The notes beneath the pieces are model-generated. The model made no database searches and had not been told where the DNA came from. It was given only the letters and a program-made list of their open reading frames with translations. 49,897 bases of DNA from an uncultured Phycisphaeraceae bacterium (lineage in GTDB: Bacteria; Planctomycetota; Phycisphaerae; Phycisphaerales; UBA1924): assembly GCA_964540295.1 (NCBI GenBank), contig CAZIMT010000001.1, positions 15,913-65,809 of the forward strand, in the 5' to 3' direction. The position numbers and the translations under genes are program-made. Numbering within the stretch: position 1 is the first letter of the stretch; every line of letters starts with the position of its first letter. Positions 7,780 through 15,184 of this stretch are shown here, piece by piece.

Positions 7780-10700
7780 GAAGACGGCCCGACGGTTGCT
7801 CCTCATCGCCGCCGTGGTGGTGGTTGTGGTCGCGTCTCTTGTGAGCGTGTTCGTCGTCCGCACGTGGCAGATCACACGCCGCGCCGACGCCCTGAGGTCG
7901 CAAGGGCTGGACCACTTCGAGAAGAAGGAGTACGCCAGCACGCTCGACAAGCTCGGGCCCTACCTCCGCGTCCTGGCTCACCAGACCGACCGACAGGCCT
8001 TGATCGTCTACGGCAAGGCGCGCGAAGCCATCGAGGAAGGAAATCTCCGCCATATCCGCGAGTCCATCGCCGTGTACCGCACGGCCTTCGAGCTCGATCC
8101 CACCGACCACGCGACCGGGCTCACCCTCCTCCGTCACTACAACACCATCGGCTTCAGCCCCGAGGCACGCGATCTGGCGGTCCGCCTGCGCCCCGCAAAT
8201 CTCTCGGACACGACCGCGCGAGATCTCGAAGCATTACGCGGGGAAGTGACCGCGCGGATCGTGCTCAAGGCCTACGACGCTCAACTCGACAAACTCCTCG
8301 GCCGCATCATCGAGCTGGCGCCCGACGACTTTGGAGCGCACCTGACCTGGATCCACGCTCTGCGTCAGACCGGCAGGCCCGAAGCCGCGGTGGTCCACAC
8401 CCGGGACATCGTTCAAAGGTTCAACACCGATCCACGATTCCAGTACATCGAGGCCATCGCGAAGCTCGACGATTCAGGCTCGCAGAACGGGAGCGTGGAT
8501 GCGTTCTTCAAGAGTCTGTGTACGCTCAGCGGGCTGGACCCTCAAAGCGCGGAGCGGCGTGAGGCGGTCACCTATACCGACCCCATGTTCATCGCGCGGC
8601 TCATCGGCTCGTTCGACGCGACCTTCCATTCCCCGCATTCGCTGGCGGTTCTTCGAGAGGCCTCGGCCCGCATCCCCGACGCGGACCTTCTTCGCGCGTT
8701 CGTCCGTCGCGCGTGGCAGGCGGGCTCCCACCAGGAAGTCGTCGACCGGCTCGCGTCGAACAACGCCCCCATATCCGGGACTCACTCAGAATTACTCGCG
8801 TTCAAGGCGATGAGCCTCACTCAGCTGGGGAGGGGGAACGAACTCGCGGCCATCGTCGAAGAGCTCAAGCGCCGGCGCGACGACTTCCGCGCGCGAGCTT
8901 GGGCGCTGGCGCTGGACAAGTTCACCGACACGAGCGTCGCCGGCCGGGTAGCGTCCGTGAAGAATCTTCAGGCCGCGCAGCGTGAAGACCCCTCCGAGCC
9001 GATCCTCGCATTCGCACTGGGCGAGGCGCTGGTCGCCCTGGATCGCACGGAAGAAGCACGCGAGCAGTGGCAGCTCGCGACGACCTCCCCGCTCTCTAAT
9101 GGCTGGGCCGCGCCACACTCACGCAACTCGGCGACGCTGGTGGGGCAAGGCAGGCTCGACGAGGCGTTGCGTGCGGCCGAGCGAAGCCGACAGATCTCGC
9201 CCGGAGACCCGGTGACGAACATCGCGCTGCTCGGTGCCAAGCTCGCCATGATCGAAGCGGGGTATCGTCCTCAAGAAGACCCTCAGGCCATGCTCGCGCA
9301 GATCGAGCGTGCTCTCGCGCAGACCGCCCGCGTCGCCGACGACAAAGCCTCCCGCGGTTTGCGCGAAGTGCTGATCCCCGGTCGTGTCCTGCTGCTGGCG
9401 TATATGGGTGACGCCGAGGGCGCGAGTTCAGCCCTTAAAGAGGAGCTCGACCGAACCCCGCCAGCCGATCCGAGCGTGCTGGCGCACTTGGCGCTCATCT
9501 CAGGCAGCTACAAGCTCGGGCACCAGTACGAGTGTCTTGATCTGGCGCAGAAGCTGAGCCCCAGCGACCCGGTGCTCGGACTGACTCGTGCGCTCTTGTT
9601 GCACCGCGACGGGAAGACCGAGGAGGGCTCGCGGTCCATCACGGCCGCGGCCGCACAGTCGGACCCGTCGCAATCCAAGGGCTGGAAGATCGCGGAGGCT
9701 CGTTACCTCGACTCCATCAACAGCGAGCGATCACTTCCGAATTGGATCGACCTAGCCGACGCCAACCCCGAGGACCTTCAGGTGCAGCTCGCGGCCATCG
9801 AGTCGCGCGCGGCATCCGCGGACCTGGCGTTCGTGGACCGAGTCGGCCAGCGAGTCGCGCGCCTAGGCGGGTCGGACTCGCAGCGTCCCACCATCACCGG
9901 CCGACTCGCACGCGTCCGCGCGATCCTCGCCTCGGACGTCACCAAGGACCGGCGCGACGAAGTTCTCTCACTCATCCGGAGCGTCACCAACGAAGCGCCC
10001 GACCTCCTCGAGCCCAGGCGGCTCATGGTTCAGGCCCTTCTGCTGGAAAACCCGGAGCGTGGGATCAAACCTGACTTCTCGGCCGCCGTCGAACAGCTCA
10101 AAGCGCTCTCGCAGATCGTGCCCGATCGATCAACGGTCTCGCTTCAGATCGCCCAGATCTATCAACGGCAGCGCGATCGAGACCGCGCACGCGACGAACT
10201 CAACCGAGTGCTCAGCGACGCATCAGCACCGCGGGCAGCGCGCGAGCGGGCCTTGGAGATGCTCCTGGCGCAACGCGAGTATGCGGCCGCGATCCCCTCG
10301 TTGCAGGCGGACGTCTCGGCCGCGGGGAAGGACGCCCCACCAGCGATGCTCCTGAACCTCGCGACAGCGCTGCGCGGATCGCGCCGCACGGATGAGGCTC
10401 TCACCGTGTTCCGTCGGCTTGCCGCGGGTCCGATCTCAAACGGCGAGCAAGTGTTCAGCATCGCGGACGGGCTGGCCACATGCGGCGATCGTTCCGAGGC
10501 CGTCGCCGTGATCGCCAAAGTCGATGCCCTCAAGCAGGAGCCCGGCGTCGCCGAGTGGATCCGAGGCCGATTCGAGGCTCGCCACGGAGACCCAACTGCG
10601 GCCGCGGCTCTGCTCGAGCGGTCGGTCGAGCTTGGCCCCAAGTCATCCGCCTTGTGGCATGATCTCGTCACGCTCCACCTGTCGCGGCGCGACTTTGCCA

Positions 10701-12472
10701 AGGCTCGGGACGCGGTGGAGCGCGGGCTCAAGAGCGTTCCCGAGAGCCAGGAATTAGCTGTGCTGCAGCAACAGGTTGCGATCGGCGCGGACGGCGAGAG
10801 TGCGAGCCTTGCGGCGCTCATCGAAACTCTCTCAAAGGATCCACGAAACGGCGATCGAGTTGCCGGGCTCAAGGCGGTCGAAGACGCGCGAGTACGCGGC
10901 CAACTCAGCGACGTGAAGTCGCTCTCGGAGTTGGCCTCCAAGTTCCCCGACGACGCGGGCGTGCAGGCTGTCGTGCTGCGTTCGTTGCTAGATCTCAGAC
11001 CGCCGCGGCTCGACTTGGCGGTGAATATCGCGAAGCGTTCTCAGGCTTCCTTCCCAGATTCCCCGGGGATTGCTCGCCTCTCGGTCGCGGCTTTCCGCGC
11101 TTCGGGTGATTGGACCAGGATGCAGGCCGCCGCTCTCGCATGGGAGCAGGCCGCAGGGTCCGTCGAGTCACGCCTAGCCCTGGCCGAGGCCGAGCTTCGC
11201 GGCGGGCGTGCGTCGCGCGCGATGAACTCGATCCTCCCCTTGATCGAGAGCGCCAAGGCCGCTCCTGACGAGTCGATCAACGCGAGCGTGCTCGAACTCG
11301 CGTGCCGGGCGATGATCGACCTCGACCGCGAGCCAGATGCGTTCGCGATCTTGTCGCCCCTTCTTGCCGGATCGAGCGCGGTGCGATCCAAGGTCTGGCC
11401 GGGGCTCGTTGCGTCCGCGATCAAGACCGGTGCCGCGGCCGAGCGATGGTCAAACCATCTTCTCGGCGTCGCCAAGCAAGACGACGCGACGGCCCGCGAA
11501 GCGATCGCGGGCGCGTGCCTCGACGCCGCGCAGCGCACTCCCGATCGGAAAACCGAACTGCTCAACCTCGCCAAGAGTGTGCTGAGCAAGCTGGCCGCCG
11601 CGTCTGCTCCCAGCGATATGGTGCTCGCGCGGCTCGGGCTTGCGCAGCAGATGCTGGGCGAGTCGCAGGCCGCGGCCGCGTCGTACCGTCGTGCCCTCGA
11701 AATCAATCCCAAGTCCGCCACAGCGATGAGCAACCTCACCGACCTCGCGATCGCGGGCGGCGCGGACCTCAACGAAACGCTGGCCGCCGCAGAGCGGGCT
11801 GTCGCCGCGGGCGAGGCTCAAGATGGGATGGTCCTGTTCGCGCTCGCAAAGCTCCAGACCGCCAAGGCCGAGGACACGAGCGGCGAGGCGGCCGGTGCCG
11901 AGCGTGAGAACCTGCGGAAGGCGCTCGCCAGCTACCGGTCGGCGCTGTCCCTGATCCCCGATCAGTTTGAGATCGCGCTCCGGGCGGGAGATCTTTACGG
12001 TCGTTTGGGAGACCAGGCGGCCGCTCTGGAGATGTTTGATCGCGTCCTGCTCACGCCGAATCTCGCTCCCCAAGTTGAGTCGATGGCGCAGAACAACGCC
12101 GCGTTCGCGCTGCTCCAGCTCAAACGAAACACCTCGGACCTGTCCCGGGCACGCGATCTCGCAAGGTCGGCCGTGAAGACCCAGGAGAATGCCAGCTTCC
12201 TCGACACGCTCGGCCAAGTCGAACTCGCCGTCGGGGACCGCCCGCAAGCTCAGGCCGCGTTCCGTCGCGCGCTGCAGTTAGAGCCCGCACTCGGCTCGTC
12301 TTTGCTCGGACTCGCCGCGGCGCTTCAGGGAGGAACGGACGTCGAGCGCACCGAAGCCTCCCAGGTTCTCGCTCGGGCAGAAAGCTTGCTCCTCACTCGC
12401 CCTCAGGAATACTCGGCGGAAGAGCGAGCGGCGATCAAGGCGTTACGTGCAAAGCTCTCTCAGGCAAACTGA
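7766..12472 (+). CDS. Giant membrane-anchored TPR-repeat protein (PrsT-like role in exosortase loci)
   Basis: A 1568-aa ORF with an N-terminal TM anchor (LLLIAAVVVVVVASLVSVFVV). The remainder is Ala/Leu-rich helical-repeat sequence with many TPR-like units, for example AAASYRRALEINPKSATAMSNL and AQAAFRRALQLEPALGSSLLGLA. It lies in the exosortase operon, and a hairpin plus T-run terminator follows it. Confidence 0.8.
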   Translation: MRMNPKTARRLLLIAAVVVVVVASLVSVFVVRTWQITRRADALRSQGLDHFEKKEYASTLDKLGPYLRVLAHQTDRQALIVYGKAREAIEEGNLRHIRESIAVYRTAFELDPTDHATGLTLLRHYNTIGFSPEARDLAVRLRPANLSDTTARDLEALRGEVTARIVLKAYDAQLDKLLGRIIELAPDDFGAHLTWIHALRQTGRPEAAVVHTRDIVQRFNTDPRFQYIEAIAKLDDSGSQNGSVDAFFKSLCTLSGLDPQSAERREAVTYTDPMFIARLIGSFDATFHSPHSLAVLREASARIPDADLLRAFVRRAWQAGSHQEVVDRLASNNAPISGTHSELLAFKAMSLTQLGRGNELAAIVEELKRRRDDFRARAWALALDKFTDTSVAGRVASVKNLQAAQREDPSEPILAFALGEALVALDRTEEAREQWQLATTSPLSNGWAAPHSRNSATLVGQGRLDEALRAAERSRQISPGDPVTNIALLGAKLAMIEAGYRPQEDPQAMLAQIERALAQTARVADDKASRGLREVLIPGRVLLLAYMGDAEGASSALKEELDRTPPADPSVLAHLALISGSYKLGHQYECLDLAQKLSPSDPVLGLTRALLLHRDGKTEEGSRSITAAAAQSDPSQSKGWKIAEARYLDSINSERSLPNWIDLADANPEDLQVQLAAIESRAASADLAFVDRVGQRVARLGGSDSQRPTITGRLARVRAILASDVTKDRRDEVLSLIRSVTNEAPDLLEPRRLMVQALLLENPERGIKPDFSAAVEQLKALSQIVPDRSTVSLQIAQIYQRQRDRDRARDELNRVLSDASAPRAARERALEMLLAQREYAAAIPSLQADVSAAGKDAPPAMLLNLATALRGSRRTDEALTVFRRLAAGPISNGEQVFSIADGLATCGDRSEAVAVIAKVDALKQEPGVAEWIRGRFEARHGDPTAAAALLERSVELGPKSSALWHDLVTLHLSRRDFAKARDAVERGLKSVPESQELAVLQQQVAIGADGESASLAALIETLSKDPRNGDRVAGLKAVEDARVRGQLSDVKSLSELASKFPDDAGVQAVVLRSLLDLRPPRLDLAVNIAKRSQASFPDSPGIARLSVAAFRASGDWTRMQAAALAWEQAAGSVESRLALAEAELRGGRASRAMNSILPLIESAKAAPDESINASVLELACRAMIDLDREPDAFAILSPLLAGSSAVRSKVWPGLVASAIKTGAAAERWSNHLLGVAKQDDATAREAIAGACLDAAQRTPDRKTELLNLAKSVLSKLAAASAPSDMVLARLGLAQQMLGESQAAAASYRRALEINPKSATAMSNLTDLAIAGGADLNETLAAAERAVAAGEAQDGMVLFALAKLQTAKAEDTSGEAAGAERENLRKALASYRSALSLIPDQFEIALRAGDLYGRLGDQAAALEMFDRVLLTPNLAPQVESMAQNNAAFALLQLKRNTSDLSRARDLARSAVKTQENASFLDTLGQVELAVGDRPQAQAAFRRALQLEPALGSSLLGLAAALQGGTDVERTEASQVLARAESLLLTRPQEYSAEERAAIKALRAKLSQAN

Positions 12473-12502
12473 CCGACTGATAGCCTCTAGATTAACACCT
12501 CA

Positions 12503-12531
12503 CCACGGCCCTGCGGCCGTGGTTTCTTTTT
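12503..12531 (+). terminator. Rho-independent terminator after the TPR gene
   Basis: CCACGGCC (12503-12510), loop CTGC, then GGCCGTGG (12515-12522) form a perfect 8-bp GC-rich stem. TTTCTTTTT follows directly, 31 nt after the stop at 12472. Confidence 0.65.
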
Positions 12532-12924
12532 GGACGACCGGGAAGCCTGTCAAGCCCTCGGGGGCAACGCCGATCGTAGCTCGCGTGGCTCGCGTCGAGC
12601 TAAAATAACTCCTAACAAAAATTTGCATTCGTGTCACGTCAATTTTGGCCATTCTGGCCGGAATTTTCTTGTAGATTCTGAAGTCACTCCCTGAACAGGG
12701 TAAAATCCCTTAAGTTGGAGCGCGCTGAGCCTTCCACCTGCCGTCTTCCTTTAAAAGAAGGAGCGTTCGGGCTGATCGGTTTAGCGCAGCAGAGAACGTT
12801 TGACGCACTGATTGAGTGGCCCGGGGCCGGTCGGATGGACTTGGCTCTTCGCGGTCATCAAAGCCAGTCTGTCTATGGTTCGCGATGTTTGGTTTATATT
12901 TGGATTGGTTGCAGAGAAGAGGCG

Positions 12925-13629
12925 ATGAAGAAGCTGCTCGAAAATGTCACCCGGACGGTTCTCGGGCCTCAGACCTTGGCTCTGGTCGGCTTGGTGATGT
13001 GGGCCTTGGTCGGTTCCGCAGCGTTGGCGGGCACCACCTCGATTGAAATGAAGAACGCTATCTTCCCGAGCCTTCGCGGCCCGAGTTTTCGCCCGCTTGC
13101 AGCGCCGCGTTCTCAAGGCTCGCTTTCGGAAATCTTTGCGGAGTCTCCCGCGAAGTTTGAGGGCGTCACGAGCCTCGGGCGAGGCGAAGTTGAGACCAAC
13201 GATTTTGGCGCGATGCTTTGGGCAGGCCGAGATGGCGGGGAGGACGAGTTGGGCACGCAGATCCCCTATCTCTCCGAGAAGTTCATCACCCACGCTCTCA
13301 TCGGTTCGGAGATCCGCGGCCTGGTGCTCCTTGATCGGAGCGCGGCCTCGGGTCAGTCTCGAGTACGGCTTGTCGAACTCAGTCTCGAGGCGGAGAAGTC
13401 GGCCAGCGAGACGAACTCAACCAAGGGCTCGAACTCATCGCTGGTCGACGGTTCTCGGAACCGGGGGTTTGTTCAAGCGGCCAACGTGTATTCTCTCGGT
13501 GTGACACGTAACGATTTTCAGAACTCGTTCGTCTACGTTCCGCTGCCGCCAGCCACCCATATCGGCGTGTTGGCTCTAGGAATGATCGGGCTGGGTCATG
13601 TTCGTCGGAACCATCGCCACAAGGCTTAG
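12925..13629 (+). CDS. Secreted protein with a VPLPPA-type exosortase (PEP-CTERM-like) C-terminal sorting signal (cargo 1)
   Basis: ATG 12925 lies inside ORF 12715..13629, which opens with TTG. The N-terminus is signal-peptide-like (MKKLLENVTRTVLGPQTLALVGLVMWALVGSAALAG). The C-terminus is VYVPLPPATHIGVLALGMIGLGHVRRNHRHKA, which gives a motif (VPLP at 13537-13548), a hydrophobic helix and a basic tail. Confidence 0.7.
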   Translation: MKKLLENVTRTVLGPQTLALVGLVMWALVGSAALAGTTSIEMKNAIFPSLRGPSFRPLAAPRSQGSLSEIFAESPAKFEGVTSLGRGEVETNDFGAMLWAGRDGGEDELGTQIPYLSEKFITHALIGSEIRGLVLLDRSAASGQSRVRLVELSLEAEKSASETNSTKGSNSSLVDGSRNRGFVQAANVYSLGVTRNDFQNSFVYVPLPPATHIGVLALGMIGLGHVRRNHRHKA

Positions 13630-14016
13630 CGTTATTGTTCTTTGTTTGTGCTTGATCTTGCTTGGACGTGCTCGTGATTCATCGAGTTCTCGGAGCTGCT
13701 TTGTGAATGAGGGCGTCAGATATTTCTCGGCGAAACGTACACTGGTAAGTTTTTTGTCTTTACGGGAACTGCAAAGAACTGCCTGCGAAAAGGCTGAGAC
13801 TTTGGAGAGTTTGATGCTGATTTTGCTTGGGACAATCTACCCAGATCGCCAAGGGAAAAAACCCTTGGACCTTGCATTCTTCGTCGATTGATGCATAGTT
13901 CGTATGTCTTGACTCAGATGGCTTTGAATCGGTTGGGTCTGGTAAGAAAACCTGTCAAAAAAGTGATCGTTCTTCTCGATTTTGGACGCGTTTGAGTGTA
14001 TCATACTTCGTAGCTC

Positions 14017-14030
14017 TAACCGATCGGTTA
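14017..14030. repeat. Perfect 14-bp palindrome TAACCGATCGGTTA in the leader of cargo gene 2 (candidate operator)
   Basis: The sequence reads identically on both strands and lies 142 nt upstream of the ATG at 14172, in an AT-rich intergenic region. The half-site-like ATCGGTT also occurs at 13928-13934, and GATCGGTT occurs at 12774-12781. Existence is certain; function is unproven. Confidence 0.4.
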
Positions 14031-14171
14031 CGACTCTTCTGAAGAACTGATCGAGGTCCGAGCTGGTTTTGAGTAATAGTTCTCGGCGTGAAGACTTTTT
14101 TAAAAACAGACCGCAAGGTCGGTGGCGTCAGGAAGACGTTCACAAGAGATGAGCAAGAGGAGATTTGAGAG

Positions 14172-14837
14172 ATGAAGAATTCTGTGTTGTTGTCAGCAGT
14201 AGGGTTGGCCTTGGTGGCGAGTAGCGCGGCGTCAGCCGCTACGATTCGCATGGACCTTTCCACTCACCCGGCCAACGGGATGCGCGGTCAGTACACGGCC
14301 ACGGTGCTCAGCGGGTTCGCGGGCATCATCGACGTGACCGGGGTCGGGTCGAGCTTCGACACGTTCTGCCTCGAGAAGAACGAGTTCTTCATTCCCGGCC
14401 AGAACTACTCCGCAACGCTCGACGTCGCGGCCCGCAACGGCGGCGTGTCGGGCGGCTCGAACGGTGCGGACCCGATTAGCCCCGCGACCGCGTACCTCTA
14501 CACGCAGTTCCGGGATGGCAATCTCGGTTTCAGCAGCTTCACGAACTCCAGCGACTCCGAAGCCCTTCAAGATGCCCTCTGGTTTCTCGAAGGTGAGATC
14601 TTCTCGGTCTCCGGGCAGGCCCAGACGCTTGTCAACCAGGCGCTCGCGGCTGGGTGGACAGACATCGGCAACGTTCGCGTCCTCAACATTATCGGGCCGA
14701 ACGGTTCCTCGGGCAACGGCAGCGCGCAAAGCCAGCTCGCCATGGTTCCTCTCCCCGCCGCCGCTTGGGCAGGGATCGCCGGGCTCGGTGGTGTGATCGC
14801 CCACAACATCCGCCGTCGCCGGGCTCTGAACGCCTAA
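14172..14837 (+). CDS. Secreted protein with a VPLPAA-type exosortase C-terminal sorting signal (cargo 2), carrying thioester-domain-like Cys/Gln motifs
   Basis: A strong RBS (AAGAGGAGA) precedes the ATG. The signal peptide is MKNSVLLSAVGLALVASSAASAA. The C-terminus is LAMVPLPAAAWAGIAGLGGVIAHNIRRRRALNA (VPLP at 14745-14756). Internal motifs are TFC66LE (Cys codon 14367-14369) and ALQ133DALW (Gln codon 14568-14570). Confidence 0.8.
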   Translation: MKNSVLLSAVGLALVASSAASAATIRMDLSTHPANGMRGQYTATVLSGFAGIIDVTGVGSSFDTFCLEKNEFFIPGQNYSATLDVAARNGGVSGGSNGADPISPATAYLYTQFRDGNLGFSSFTNSSDSEALQDALWFLEGEIFSVSGQAQTLVNQALAAGWTDIGNVRVLNIIGPNGSSGNGSAQSQLAMVPLPAAAWAGIAGLGGVIAHNIRRRRALNA

Positions 14838-15184
14838 TCGTTCGATCTGAGCCCTTTTAGGGCCAGATCACGCCTAGTACAGACTCAGCAAATGACAGCT
14901 TTCCACGATCGCTCCGGGCCTACCCGGGGCGATTTTCATTGTCTCAACCACTTTTTGCATCAGGGGGTGGCGCGTGCGAACAGATTCTGTACCATCATCA
15001 TTGGTAACGACTAGGTTGGAGTCTGGCGGGGACGGCGTTGCATTTGGGTGATCTGGCTTTTCTTCAGCGGCCGGGATAGGCCTCGAGTGAGGCACGAGAA
15101 CGCAGTCTCGCGTGGTCTCAGGAGTTTGGCCCGCTGGCGAAAGGCTCTCGTGGAGGGATGTGGGTGAGCGGATGGGAATTGACC

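Noticed and set aside
12646-12659. TGGCCATTCTGGCC, a possible sigma-54 -24/-12 element upstream of cargo gene 1
   Set aside because: The GG-to-GC spacing does not fit GG-N10-GC, and the -12 TTGC(A/T) consensus is absent.
12715-12924. Upstream TTG-initiated extension of cargo gene 1
   Set aside because: The extension has no signal peptide. The internal ATG 12925 yields a typical N-terminal signal and has a purine-rich stretch just upstream.
13761-13800. GCAAAG/GCGAAAAGGC-containing stretch that looked superficially like a c-di-GMP (GEMM) riboswitch core
   Set aside because: Only short GNRA-like hairpins such as GCCU-GCGAAA-AGGC are present. I could not trace the paired P1/P2 architecture or the conserved junction nucleotides by eye. 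A covariance-model scan is needed before any claim.
13849-13868. Hairpin CCAAGGG-AAAAAA-CCCTTGG in the AT-rich gap
   Set aside because: It is a perfect 7-bp stem, but it lies about 220 nt downstream of the nearest stop codon and has no flanking T-run on the + strand. Its function is undetermined.
14844-14869. Imperfect hairpin (GATCTGAGCCC-TTTTA-GGGCCAGATC) just after cargo gene 2
   Set aside because: The stem is bulged and no U-tract follows, so support for a terminator is too weak to list it as a feature.
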